Shown here: positions 38,105 through 51,660 of the stretch, piece by piece | How positions within the stretch are numbered: the stretch's first letter is position 1 | Layout of the letters: every line of letters starts with the position of its first letter | NCBI RefSeq assembly: GCF_006345805.1 | Contig: NC_043007.1 | Span: 73,904,001-73,968,000, forward strand | From: Octopus sinensis | Lineage: Eukaryota | DNA length: 64,000 bases | Direction of reading: 5' to 3' | Notes under the pieces: model-generated | What the model was told of the DNA's origin: nothing | The model's input: only the letters and a program-made list of their open reading frames with translations | Database searches by the model: none | Position numbers and translations under genes: made by a program

Positions 38105-38430
38105 ATATTGCAGCGTGGAAGGTGTTTGTAAGCCATTTAAGAAACACACAAAAACCGTTACATTCACTTCAACATTTAAATTTAATTTGCCAAAATATTT
38201 TCTTCGCTTTGAGACCGCGACCTGTTCACTGACAAAAATATCGTGCTAACAGGTCGCGGTCTCAAAGCGATGAAAATATTTTGACAAATTAAATTTAAAT
38301 GTTGAAGTGAATCTAACGGTTTTTGTGTGTTTCTTAAATGGCTTATAAACACCTTCAACGCTGCAACTGTTTTCGTTCCAGCACACGATCTCAGATCAAG
38401 TCACTTGCTATGCAAGTCATCTCTGTAACT
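38105..38430. mobile_element. Short Penelope-like palindromic insertion
   Basis: Arms about 38108-38227 and 38248-38367 are diverged reverse complements; (TA)n on both sides. Confidence 0.72.
38187..38235 (-). ncRNA. Variant minimal hammerhead (G3:C8 swap plus extra G)
   Basis: TTGTCA-GTGAACA-G-GTCGC(ggtctcaaa)GCGAA-GAA-AATATT-T-TGGCAA; the right arm has GCGAT and TGACAA at the equivalent positions. Confidence 0.62.
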
Positions 38431-38437
38431 ATATATA

Positions 38438-38482
<45 letters not shown>

Positions 38483-38558
38483 TATATATGTATATTGGTA
38501 AAAACAGTAAGATAACAAAAGAAAGAAAGAGACCTCAATATTATGTAAATAGAGGAAA

Positions 38559-38951
38559 TCTTTATATATAAAAGTGAGGTTGTGTGTCTGCCTCCTACGA
38601 TTTAGATTCCTAACTACTCCCACATTTTGCGGTGCAGTTAAACAAAAGCCGGGTATCTTATAGTCGTGATTCATATCGAGACCGTCTGGGTATTAGCGCG
38701 CGTCTACGATGAGTCTACGATTAAAAAAAATTTACCATCAATTTTTCCCATTTTTAATCCATTTTTGACATATATAAGGGAAGTAACTCTCTAAAATTTA
38801 TTATTAAATCTCAGAACGTAAAAAGCTACAGTAACACCCCTCCCCCTTTGTGGTTAGCCATATTGAGATGGCTATTATACTTTACATCTCTAAAAATGCT
38901 TATATAATTATTTCCCTTACAAACCCGAGCAACGCCGGGCGATACTGCTAG
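38559..38951 (+). mobile_element. Non-autonomous Helitron, 393 bp
   Basis: A|TC start, subterminal hairpin cccgagcaacgccggg, CTAG|T end. Confidence 0.85.
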
Positions 38952-39556
38952 TATATAATATAATATAAACAATATATAAATATATGCATATATACATACA
39001 TATATGTACATACTTACATATGTATGTATGTATGCATGCATATATAGGTACAGCACATAAAAAAACGTTGAACACAATGAGAAACGAAAACATAAAAACA
39101 AAAACATAGAAAACGTACTTTTTTTCGAACAACGAAAAAAACAGAGAAACGAAGCATGCAACATAAAGAATATTCCCCTTCATCAGTTGTCCTTATTTCA
39201 TCTACTCCGCGTTATGAAGGTAAGGACAATACACGACTTTGTTGAAATAGTCCTTCCCGGAAAGCAAATTAAATAAAATTTTGGATTTTTGCGTAGGGTG
39301 AAAGTGGTAACAAGAATAGGATAGTCAGAACAAGACAGTAAAAACAAATGGTGAGGGTTGTTAAGCCAAGACGAAAGAAAAATTATTATGAACGCTAGGA
39401 CGAGGAGCTATGAGAGGAGACAAGTATAAGCACGTCTTGTCATTAGGAAGGAAATGGACAGAAAGATAGATTCCCTTTCGTCACGTATCAGCGACGAGAG
39501 AGTCAAGGAGGAAGAGTGATATATATATAATATATATATATATATATAGATATTAT

Positions 39557-39677
<121 letters not shown>

Positions 39678-40364
39678 GCCTACACACACACACATACATG
39701 CCTTCATTCTATAATGGAATTTTTCTTTGAGTCTTTTGCCATTTGGGGATTTAGTCAGCCACAGGGTGAAATACATAATAATGTTTAAAAAATTCAAACA
39801 ATGCCTGTGCCTTAAACATTCTAAAGTGTAGAATGGCTTTGTTCGGGGTCAAATATATGCATTTACCGCAAAAGGGGAAAACTAGCCCACATCATTGCAT
39901 GCAAATGAAGTCTTTGGTGTCACCACAGATTTCCTGTTCCTGTCTGAAAAAAGAATGGTCTTTGATTCCAAGCTACTGAATTGTGGTTGACACTGTTGAG
40001 TTCATCCGTCCCTTTGATAAGTTATGCAAGAGGTCTTTTTAATTTTCAGGACGAGTTTAATTATTTGTCAGGCTGTGATAAGTGCTTCGGGTAACATGTT
40101 ACCCAGTAGAGTCTGTCGTGCGGTCGGGCCATCGGCAACTAAACCAGCAGTCCTACCAACCTGCTTGGTAAGAAGGGTGGTTTTCGTCGGACACCCTGCT
40201 GGAAGAAATACATATAAATACACACACACACCACACACACACACACACACGCACACACACACACGCACACATGCATAAATGTTTTTTCTAGCTCTTGTGG
40301 CCAATAAAGTATTACTATTATCATTTTATTATCATTATTAACATTATTATTTCATTCTATCCTC

Positions 40365-40545
40365 CTCCTCCTCATCATCATCACCATCATCACCATCATC
40401 ACCATCACCATCATCATCATCATCATCACCATCACCATCATCGTCGTCGTCATCACCACCACCACCACCACCACCAACACCAACACCACCATCATCATCA
40501 TCATCATCATCGTCGTCGTCATCGTCATCATCATCATCGTCGTCG

Positions 40546-40585
<40 letters not shown>
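40365..40585. repeat. (CAT)/(CAC)/(CGT) trinucleotide mosaic
   Basis: Direct sequence; abuts a SINE-A 5' half (40586-40745, minus). Confidence 0.9.
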
Positions 40586-40932
40586 ATACGACGGTCTTTT
40601 TTCAGTTTCCATCTACCAAATACACTTACAAGGCTTTGGTCGGCCCGAGGCTATAGTAGAAGACACTTGCTCAAGGTGCCATGCAGTGGGCCTAAATCCG
40701 GAACCATGTGGTTGAGAAGCAAGCTTTTTTTTACCACACAGCAATATCTTAGATATATACTTTACATATAGCTTACATTGCAGGACACGCCCATCATTTG
40801 CTGTCGACTGGAAATTACAACGATTTAATTCCCTTCCGATACTCTCCGTCTTTTTCCCAGCAGTGCCAGCGACCATTGATACAACCAAGGAATTCCTGGA
40901 TTCTATTGGCCGAAACAGTAATACGTATTTTT

Positions 40933-41149
40933 TAAATTTCTTTATTGCCCACAAGGGGCTAAACATAGAGGGGACAAACAAGGACAGACAAACGGATTAA
41001 GTCGATTATATCGACCCCAGTGCGTAACTGGTACTTAATTTATCGACCCCGAAAGGATGAAAGGCAAAGTCGACCTCGGCAGAACGTAACGGCAGACGAA
41101 ATACGACTACGCATTTCGCCCGGCGTGCTAACGTTTCTGCCAGCTCTCG
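40933..41149 (-). mobile_element. SINE family B flanked by an ~87-bp direct repeat
   Basis: 40846-40932 repeated at 41150-41237 with two substitutions. Confidence 0.85.
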
Positions 41150-41644
41150 CCGTCTTTTTCCCAGCAGTGCCAGAGACCATTGATACAACCAAGGAATTCC
41201 TGGATTCTATTGGCCGAAACAGTGATACGTATTTTTTCCTGTCATCCACGCAGCTACCATGTCAAACCGGAAGCCGCTGTAACTATATCAAACACGCAGC
41301 AAATGCTTGCTTTCAATACCTACAATGTTCTTTGCCTGTTGTCTATCAGATGTTTGTTATTCGTCAACTGGAACTGATTTTATGTCAACTTAACAACAAT
41401 AGAAACAAACACGGTTGGCGTCAAAATAGATTCGAACAGAAACCGAAGTCACGTTCAACAATTATGAACAAATGGCGTCATCAAAATACGATACTAAAAT
41501 AAATGACGAATGTATTTTCTTTAAATAGAAGCGGAAAATAGAATATGGCGATTTAGAGGAGGTGGAGAGACGAATCCATTCGTCCATCCACCTCCCCATC
41601 CGCATATACATATATATATATATTGATGTGTGTGTGTGTGAGCG

Positions 41645-41708
<64 letters not shown>

Positions 41709-41859
41709 ATTGTTTGTCTTGTACTCTGTTTTTTTGTTGTTAAAAAAAGTCCGTTTCCTTGTTTGTTTTTATGTTTTCGTTTCTCGTGTTCTACGTTTAT
41801 TTGTGGTGTCCTGTACTCATGTATATATATACATGCATATATATAATGTATATATATAT

Positions 41860-41889
<30 letters not shown>

Positions 41890-41903
<14 letters not shown>

Positions 41904-42050
41904 TGTATATATACATAGAGATGTAGGTATGTACATATGTATGTATGTATGTATGCATGTTTTATTTGTTAAATTGTTATTATATGATGAACGCCTCGCG
42001 TCGCTTCTTATCCTCCAAGTAAGTTTTTATTATATTATATATATATATAT

Positions 42051-42118
<68 letters not shown>

Positions 42119-42244
42119 AAAACTTACTTGGAGGATAAGAAGCGACGCGAGGCGTTCAATCATATAATAACAATTAACAAATAAAACATGCATACATACA
42201 TACATACTATGTACATACCTACATCTCTATGTATATATACATGC

Positions 42245-42276
<32 letters not shown>

Positions 42277-42493
42277 TATATATATGCATGTATATACATA
42301 GAGATGTAGGTATGTACATATGTATGTATGTATGTATGCATGTTTTATTTGTAAATTGTTATTATATGATTGAACGCCTTGGAGGATAAGAAGCGACGCG
42401 AGGCGTTCAATCATATAATAACAATTTAACAAATAAAACATGCATACTACATACATACATATGTACATACCTACATCTCTATGTATATATACA

Positions 42494-42555
<62 letters not shown>

Positions 42556-42683
42556 TGTATATATACATAGAGATGTAGGTATGTACATATGTATGTATGT
42601 ATGTATGCATGTTTTATTTGTTAAATTGTTATTATATGATTGAACGCCTCGCGTCGCTTCTTATCCTCCAAGTAAGTTTTTAT

Positions 42684-42690
<7 letters not shown>
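41890..42690. repeat. Alternating-orientation array of a ~150-bp unit separated by (TA)n
   Basis: Unit ...gaacgcctcgcgtcgcttcttatcctccaagtaagtttttat occurs in +,-,+(partial),-,+ order. Confidence 0.8.
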
Positions 42691-42761
<71 letters not shown>

Positions 42762-43407
42762 ATATGTATATATATATATAATATATATATATTTGTATGT
42801 ATATGTACAATAAGAATGAAAGATGAAGAGTCATTAAATTGTTATTTGATCCGTACCATGCCTCAAAATAAGTTAAATGACTGAACTTAAATGTCTTATA
42901 CACGTACTTACACGTACGTAGATAGATGGAGGCGCTCCCGCGCGCGCACACATACACATACACACACACACACTAATTCACTGACGCACACTCTGAAAGC
43001 AACCCATTCAAAAAGACAAAAACAGCAACCACAAAATAAATAGATAAATACGTAAATAGGTAAACGTTTAATCACTCATAATTTTCAAAAAATCCACGTC
43101 TGACACATACATGAACGCGCACCGCGCACACACACGCACCACACACCCGCAAATTCACATACGCACACACACACGCACCACACACCAGCACACACTCACT
43201 CGTAGATACATACACACACACATACACACCATCACACGCACACACCAGCGCCCACTCAACCGTACACACACACACACACATGCACCATCACACGCACACA
43301 CCAGCGCACCCTCACCCGCAGACTCACACACACAGCGCACACTCACCCGTAGACACACACACACACACACACGTACCATCACACGCACACACCAGCGCAC
43401 CCTCACC

Positions 43408-43442
<35 letters not shown>

Positions 43443-43572
43443 CACACGCACAAATATTCGCACGCGCGTCTCTAAATATAGATATCACTTGCATCGACAA
43501 AATTATCAGATGATTACGATACGCTTCCAATTCTTTTTTCATTGCGCCCTTCTAGTTCGTTTTGACCCTAAA

Positions 43573-45612
43573 TCTCTCTATATATAAAAGGCAGTTTGTA
43601 TGTCTGTGTGTCTGTCAGGTTGTACCCTCACCCTGACCACGGCTTTCAACCGATTCTGATGAAACTTGACATACACATAGCCCAATGTCATAACTCAAAA
43701 CTAACGCGGCGAAAATTTTGAAAAGTTCCTCCAGTTCTGAAAAAAATCGATAAATTCGACATGGGGTCGAGAATCTAAGCTTATCATATGCAACACATTT
43801 TCCGTTGTAGTTTTCGCAACTTGCCATCGATTTTCACCAAACTCATGGTGAAGCTTAATGTTACCCCGAGGAACTTAATTCTGACGTTAGTTTTCCATGC
43901 AATACCTTACCATCAGGAAAAATCGATAAAATCATGCCATTTTGGAAAATCGGGTTCACATTCATGATGACATATTTTCGACAATATCTTTAACAAATTG
44001 GCAGGAATTTTTTTTGAAATTCACAGCGAGCATCATGTCTGCTCCAAGGAGCTATATGACCCTTTTGATTCCAATAGGATACGTTATTACAGTAAAAAAT
44101 CGGTTAAATACATCATATGTGGCACACATAGCAAACCGATTTTTCTGCGATATTTTTTGAAAGTTCACATAGATTTTCCCTACACCGATGTTGGACATAA
44201 AGTTTGCCTTAAATGTCAAACTAATGACCTTTTGTCAATGCAGTTAACAAGTATTGGGAGAAATCGACAAAATCATATCACTTTGAGACCGACCATGCGA
44301 ACCCTACAAAACTGACTTTTGTTAAATAGTTGTCGGATTTCAGGCGATTTAGTCGATTTTTGCCGCTTTTATCATAAAGGTTACAAGAATTGGCATATGT
44401 TTTCCTTTTGCTTCAAATCCGAGCAATGTTGGGCTGTAGATGCGTTTGCGGTTGTGTGCGCACGTGCGCGCGTGTCCTTGACACGATGATTGCAGCTCTT
44501 CCCATTGGCTCCCCAAACGGTGAACAATGCTCTCAATTAAACACCCTTTGGCCAATCACATGCACTGACACACTCAGTTGTGCGCGTATAGTTTGTGACT
44601 CCCACTTCTCTCGGTTCACACGCGCTCGCTTCACACGTTGGCCTACTTCTGCTAATCGCTGCTGCAGCCGCAAGTTATTCGAATACTTTTTTTGTTTAAA
44701 CTTTCTTTATAACTACCACCCCAAACGTTTTAGCTCAAATTTTTGACATACCCTAAGGGTCCTCGGACGCTACTTGCAAACTCTTGGTTTATTATTAGCC
44801 GCTTTTGTCGTGTGCACCAAAAATATTTTTCCATTCGTTTGTTCAGTTTGGTCACTTTTCGCTTTTTCGTTGTTGTCACTCACATTGCTGCCCGCTTTTT
44901 TGCCGTTTTTGTACATTTTTATACATTTTGGGATACTTACCCCACGTGTTCCTTTTTATTACACCTTTGCCAAACACATTGCTATCCACCAAAATGCCAC
45001 CCAAGAAGAGAAGAACCCTCCTCAGCCCTCGGACGGCCAAGGCATCGGCTGCTAGGGCTAGAAGGGCACGCGAGACTCACGAGGAAACCGCCTTGCGCCT
45101 CTCGCAAAAAGCTTCCTGTTCTGCCGCAGCTCAGGCATCTGAAACTACTAGCGACCGTTCTACCCGACTTGCAAGGGCCGCAGCGTACAGATCTTCCTTC
45201 TGCTCGAGGTTAACGAAAGAGCAACAGTCCAGCCAAAACATGCGGGCTTCTTCCTGTGTTTCCATCCGCAAAGCTCGTGAGAACCCCGAACAAAAGGCCA
45301 TTCGGAATGCGGCTAACGTCGCTAGCACCGCCAGGACACGATCTGTCGAAACCCCACAGTAGAGGAGAGCTCGCCAAGCTGCTGACGCCGCAAACACAGC
45401 CACGGCTCGAACAAAACCAGAAAATGCACTTTGACTGTCATAGATTTTCTTCATGCATGCAAGGGAACGGTGCCTTGAATGCGTTAATGCCTTTTAGGCT
45501 TCATTTTACAAAATAACGGTTCAATGAGTACAAAAAAGGGTAAAAAGGTAAAGGACATTGCTTATCGACAAAGTTTCTTACATACCCGGGCAACGCCGGG
45601 CTATGGTGCTAG
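43573..45612 (+). mobile_element. Internally deleted Helitron, 2040 bp
   Basis: A|TCTCTCTATATATAAAAGGCAG start, hairpin cccgggcaacgccggg, CTAG|T end. Confidence 0.85.
44994..45362 (+). pseudogene. Helitron Rep/helicase N-terminal region
   Basis: MPPKKRR...ARRARETHEETALRL...ARENPEQ...R charged repeats like those at Helitron ORF N-termini; no Rep or helicase domain follows. Confidence 0.6.
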
Positions 45613-45775
45613 TTGTTTAACTAAATTCTCTTCCTATCGTTGTGGAGGCATTCCAAGTAGCCTTTTTCCGAGCCCATACCGCTCGGCATCTGTACTTCTA
45701 CTTTCGGTATTCTGCAATCATGTCATTCACTCCACTCTGTTCTCTAATTTTCTCATTTCGAATATGTTATTCCTG

Positions 45776-46098
45776 TGGAGGTACAATGGCCCAGTGGTTA
45801 GGGCAGCGGACTCGCGGTCGGAGGATCGCGGTTTCGATTCCTAGACCGGGTGTTGTGTGTGTTTATTGAGCGAAAACACCTAAAAGCTCCACGAGGCTCC
45901 GGCTGGGGTGATGGTGGTGACCCCTGTTGTACTCTTTCGCCCCAACTTCCTCTCACTCTTTCTTCATGTTTTTTGAGTAACGCTGCGATGGACTGGCGTC
46001 CCGTCCATCTGGGGGGAACACATACACCATAAAAACCGGGAAACCGGGCCCATGAACCTGGTTAGGCTCGAAAAGGGCGCATAAATAAATAAATAAGT
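45776..46098 (+). mobile_element. SINE family C, tail type 3
   Basis: Same tRNA-like head and body, then ctgcgatggactggcgtcccgtcc...gggcgcataaataaataaat. Confidence 0.8.
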
Positions 46099-46189
46099 AA
46101 ATTATATTCCTAGCATGGATCTTTCCATGGCCCATTGCGTGGTAGAAAATCGATGTTTTCCCCTCTAAGTGGCAGCCCACGTTTCACTT

Positions 46190-47470
46190 GCATATAAAAT
46201 CACAGGGAGAAACTGGTACGTGGGGTCTTGTCCGAATTCGTTTTGAGCACATCTCTTTCCATTTTGCTTTTATTCACCGCGAGATTTCAACACCCATATC
46301 TCGGAGCGTATTTCGCTGTACGTCCCAAGTAGAGGTACTTCTTTACCTCCTCGATTCCATCGCTTCTTACCTTTATTCGGCCTTGTGCAACGTCTTCAGA
46401 CCACATGTATTTTGCTTCATTTAAGTCATGCTGCTGAGCTATGGGTGTCCAGCTTTGTCAGTATGGTCTGTAGCTGATCTATGGTTTCAGAGATGTGTAC
46501 AATGTCATCAGCAAAGCTGAGTGGTGATAGTGGATCGTCGTTGACGTCACACTGTCTTTCCTGTCAATGTATTTGATGACCATTTCTAGACATACAGTGA
46601 AGAGCTTTGGAAGAATAGTAGCTCCCTGTTTGATGCCTTTACCAACTGAAACTCTTACGGAGCTATATCAGTGATGCATCCGATTTTGCATCTCTGAGCA
46701 GTTATTGATATATTACATCTCGAATCTTTCGCATTTGCTCCGCATTAATGTCGATGCGTTCGAATTCCTTTTCGTAGTCAACAAAAGCGATGCACAGAGG
46801 CAGCTTGCATTCATTCTCTCATTTTAATCCTGTGTTAGAGTGAATGTGTGACCAATTGTACTGTAGTTATTATAGAAACCTGCTTGTTTCCTCAGCTGCT
46901 GGTCTTCAAAATGTTTCAGCAGTCTGATGATCTTTGAAAACAGCTTATAAAAGTGAGACAAGCGGCATAAGGGGTCATAGTTTTCCTTTAAAAAAAATAT
47001 GCTGTTCTCACCTTTTTGCCTCTGCAATGGTAACCAAAGGTGTCTCTCTTTCATTTCTCTTTCTTCCGATCCAAATTTTACTACATGTTTTATCCCCCTT
47101 TAGATTTATGAGCTGGCACTTTCCCTAGCTCTCTGTGAAATTCTTCCACTTCATCATTTGTATTTCTGGAAGCACATACCTAGATGATCTTCAGGGTGGC
47201 CGTTCCTAAGAGACAAATGCTTAGCACTCAGGTGCGTGTGAAAAACAATTTGCAGGAAACGACTTTCAAAGCCCATTCTTTGTTTACACCGAAGTCTATA
47301 CGATCTGTTGCTTTCGTAACTTCCGCTTTCCCAGTCTTACGACACTTCCGTTTGTCTATTTATTTCGACGTGTTTCGTAAAGCCTTAGCACGTCGCATTT
47401 GATCTTCCTTTTCTCCTCCATTAGATGAGCCATCCCGGTCCTCCTTGCAAAGATCTGCAGTAATAGATAC
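46190..47470 (-). mobile_element. RTE-clade LINE remnant
   Basis: ENYDPLCRLSHFYKLFSKII, KQAGF...YSTIGHTFTL, LPLCIAFVDYEKEF, KGIKQGATILPKLF, LSFADDIV. Confidence 0.88.
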
Positions 47471-47559
47471 TCATAGTAAGGTTTGTTATCCGATTCCGTG
47501 GACGTCTCTGGTCGTTCGGATTTCGCTTCTCCGCCGTGGAGCGGTGCGATTGACCTGTA

Positions 47560-49100
47560 GGATACTGAGGCCTATTTCATCCTAATATTTTAGCTTTAAA
47601 TTATGTTAGCTTGCTGGTCAGGCGGGAAGGTCATAATTACCTTTCTACTTTAACTAGTTTCAAGCTTTCTCATAATTTAAACATAATATTCTTGGTGGCA
47701 TGCATTAAGGTTTATGCAAACTGCACTTTCAATCATCTTAGTACGTACCTCCTAAGGCCTAAGTTGCCTACTAATGATATAGTTGATCTATATAATCTAA
47801 ATCAAACCGATTAGTTAATTGGTTAAGTGGTTAACCAATTAACGAATAAAAGCTTTAAAGAAGTGAAATAGGACAAGTGAGTGTGTTTATTATTGACGTA
47901 ATGGCCTTCTCGAGATACAGTAAAATATTTATAGCTTGTTCTTTATTTCCGAATCAAAACAGAAATAATTGATTTACAACTCTTTTTGTGAACAACACAT
48001 GTTTATATTAAATATTTTATTTCCCAACCACAACAGAAATAACTTTATTGCAGCGAAGCGCCTTTAATTTTCTACCTTCATATTTCAGTTAGTTACTTAC
48101 CATAAAAGTGCTACAAACCAACTTACCAAAATAGAATTAACCTACCTATGTCTAACCATGACCAAACTCCTTTTCAACTTCCTCGATTATTTCCTTGCAT
48201 AAATAGTTAACATATTTCCATGTCTACCTCAATTTAATCCCATCTGCTCCCGTTAAACTCTTACTTCCTACTTCATTTCATTATTTTCTTTAGTATTACT
48301 GTAAACTTATTACTATTTGATCTGTCTAACTTCCTTCAAAAACAGCCATATCACCCTTTTGAAACCCATTTCTAATCCTTTAACCAATGATTATTTCTTC
48401 CTCTTAGGTACATACCCTCTTTATTAGTAAAACCACTTTCGGCAATTTGATTAAAGTAATTAGTACTACATCCCAGGAACATCCCTTTAACTAGTTATTT
48501 ATATATTTTTTATAAATCCCTCTCGTTTGTAAACAACTGTGTTATTCAAAATTTAATAACTTCGTTTTGAATTCTCTCGTTACACAATCGGGTTTTCTCC
48601 AAACTCCTTAAAACTGCTGAGACCCCCTTCGGTCATGACTGACCACGGGATTGCACCTAGAAAGTTACCCTCCGAGGCACAAGTCCGGGCAAGTTGTTTA
48701 TGGAAACCCAGCGGTCGCTCATGCATACCGGCCTCAACTCTCCATGCCACTGATGTTATCCAAGGGAAAGGCAAAGGGGCCGATACAGCTTGGCACCTGT
48801 GACGTCGCAACTCATTTCTACAGCTGAGTGAACTGGAGCTACGTGAAATAAAGCGTCTTGTTCAAGAGCACAACACGCAGCCCGATCCGGGTGTCGAACT
48901 CACAACCTCACGATCGTAAGCTCGACGCTCTAACCACTGAGCCATGCGCCTTCACTCCTTAAAACTAATTCAGCCTAAATCTCATGTTTCTCTATTCCTT
49001 TCTGTTTGTAAGAAGTTTCACTGATTATTTCAACATCCTTGAAAAGATCTCTGATTAAAATTCCTGTCTGCAAAGTGTCGCAAAAGATATTTGATAAACG
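47560..49100 (-). mobile_element. Very decayed LINE-like remnant hosting a SINE
   Basis: Only a G.DGI-like motif (KSLTGADGIKL) and base composition; sequence continues across the SINE at 48616-48953. Confidence 0.25.
48616..48953 (-). mobile_element. tRNA-derived SINE (fourth family) with a perfect 13-bp TSD
   Basis: Head ggcgcatggctcagtggttagagcg...gagttcgacaccc; TSD actccttaaaact at 48603-48615 and 48954-48966. Confidence 0.9.
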
Positions 49101-49361
49101 TATTTTTTCAGCACAATAATTTTAATTTTTTTATCTTGGAAGTGGAATTTTAGTTCCAGAACCAGAACTACTATGAGTGTTTGTGTGTATGTGTACGTGT
49201 GCAGGTGTGCGTGCGTGCGTGTGTGTGCGTACGTGCGCTTGTGTGTTTGTGTGCACGCGAGTATTTATGTATGTATGAACGTATGTATGACTGCATGTAT
49301 GTATGAATGTATGCGTGTGTGTGTGTGTGTGTGTGTGTATGTCTGTCTCTCTGTATATATA

Positions 49362-51660
49362 TAGGCATACCTCAGCTTAAGTCGTTTCGATTTAAGACGT
49401 TCTCGATCATACGTCGGTTTTCAAAAATAATATATGGAAAAATAAAAATCAAGTAATTTTACTCGACTTTACGTCTGTCCGCTACAAATATTGGAATCGT
49501 AAAATCGTTAGAAAACCGTTAAAAGCACATAAAATCATGTTACTGTACAATAAATAAGAATAAAAATCATATAGAATCATATTAAAATACGTACAGTAAA
49601 TGTTAAGATACACACCATAAAGTAGTGTAGCTTAGTGAACGAAATCATGAAATCAGCTGTGTTGTCTTATTCACCGGTCTTTCGGAGCACATATTGCATT
49701 ATAGTTCCAATACTTACCGTTAGGCGTCGTTGTCACTCGTGATTCCCGCGATTGTTTTCAATTCAGATTTGTTTACGTCTGTTTATCGGGTACTTTCTCA
49801 TTCTCATCTAGTTTTGCCCCGTGGCTCCTAAGAAAATTCATAGTAAAAGTGCTAAGCGTCATGCTATAACGCTGGAAGATTAACGGGCTATGATAAAACG
49901 CCATGAAAAAGGCGTTGTCCGACTCATCTTTTGGGATGAGTCGGACAACTGTAACGGCGATTGTACATAATAAGGACAAAATTTTAGCACATATCAAATC
50001 TGAAGCCCCAGGGATGAAGAACACTGTCATCAATAAGAAAAGAGGCAAAATCTTTGAAGAAATGGAAAGTCTTCTTTCTCTTTGGATTGTTAGGTTGAAT
50101 CGTTAGCGAGCTACTATTAGTCAAGAAATCATTCAAGAGAAAGCGTTGTCTTTGTTTGAGGACTTGAAGAAAAAATATTCAGATGAGAAAGATGTAGAGT
50201 TCAAGGAAAGTCAAGGATGATTCATGAGATTTAAAGATCGAAGAAATTATCACTCCATTAAGAAGCAAGGTGAAAGTGCTTCAGCTGAGGAACAAGCAGC
50301 AGCAGAATTTCCGAATGCATTAAAGAAAATCATCGAAGAAAACGTGTTTCTTCCCGAACAGATTTTTAACGTAGACGAAACTGGGTTGTATTGGAAAAAA
50401 TTCCCAGATTTTTCATTCATTTCCAAGGAGGAGAAAACTATTTCAGGTTACAAGGTTTCAAAAGAACGTGTGGCCATCATGTTGTGAGGTTATTGTGCAA
50501 GAGATTTTAAGTTAAAGCCATTGTTTGTGTATCATGCACATAACTCCCGTGCCCTGAAGAACATACCCAAGGTATCTCTCCCTGTTATATGGATGGCTAA
50601 TTCAAAAGCATGGATTACTGTTGTTACTTTTGAAGATTGGTTCTTCAATCATTTTATTCCAGCAGCAGAGAAGTACTGTAAGGAGAAGAGGATTCCTTTT
50701 AAGGTTTTACTTATCTTAAGTAATGCTCCTGGTCGCCCGCAAAACATCATAGATTTTGACCCCAACATTACCGTCGTAAACCTCCCCTCGAACACCACAT
50801 CTCTTCAGCATCCAATGGATCACGGAATAATTTCTATCTTCAAGCGTTACTATATGAAGCGTACGCTTCGGCAAGCAATCACTGCAACTGATCTTGATGA
50901 GTTCATTACGCTTCGTGACTTTTGGAAGAGATACGATATCTACAAGGCTGTATAGAAAATAGCAATGGCATGGAATGATGTACAGAGCACGGTTATGAAT
51001 GGTGTTTGGAAGAAGCTATGCCTGCAATTAATGAATGATTTTAAGGGGTTTGATAATGTTGCCATCAACAAAACGTTGGTGACTACTAGCAAAGAACTGG
51101 AAATGGACTTGGAGGAGGAGGATTTCACAGATTTATTTGAAAAACACAAGCAGTCCCTGACGAACGAGGACTTGATAGAGTTTCACGAGTAGCAAAATAA
51201 AGAAGAAGAGGAAGTCAAACCTGAGCCACGTCACTTTACCATTAAGAAAATGCAGCAAACATTTGCATATATCGAAAAAGGTATTTCTATGTTCGAGGAT
51301 ATGGATCCAAATACTCAACGCTTTTCCAAGATTATGGGGGCTTGTCACGAAGCTTTTGTTCCTTATAACGCAATCCTTAAGAGAAAAAGACAGTTGTAGG
51401 AACACTCAGCCGGTTTTTTAAACGCATCGAACAACAAGAACAGCCAGAGTCAGCTGTTGATGTTGTCGTTCCACAGCCATCTACTTCCGCGATGTAAACC
51501 ACCAAATTGTATGTACCTATTGGTAAATTTAAATTAATTTAGTTTTTTTTTACTATTGCAATATAATAATAATTACTGAATTTGTTTTTCAAGCTTAAAA
51601 AAAGGCTTTTATTTTACTATGTCTTACTGCAAACCGCATTCATAAATAAAGCATCCGCGA
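49362..51660 (+). mobile_element. Tigger/pogo DNA transposon, decayed
   Basis: Left end (t)aggcatacctc after TA; transposase about 49821-51400 with CENP-B-type HTH (KRHAITLE), IFNVDETGLYWK, LLILSNAPG (catalytic D changed to S), PMDHGII; right TIR eroded. Confidence 0.85.

Noticed and set aside
39160-39260. Type II-like hammerhead on the minus strand (ATAAC...CTGATGA)
   Set aside because: GAAA is mutated, no stem I can be formed, and a competing ttgtcctta/taaggacaa hairpin dominates.
39867-39943. Possible 77-nt minus-strand exon (ttttttcag ... gtaaat)
   Set aside because: There is a stop codon in all three frames, no recognisable homology and no neighbouring exons; RNA-seq would be needed to revive it as a non-coding exon.
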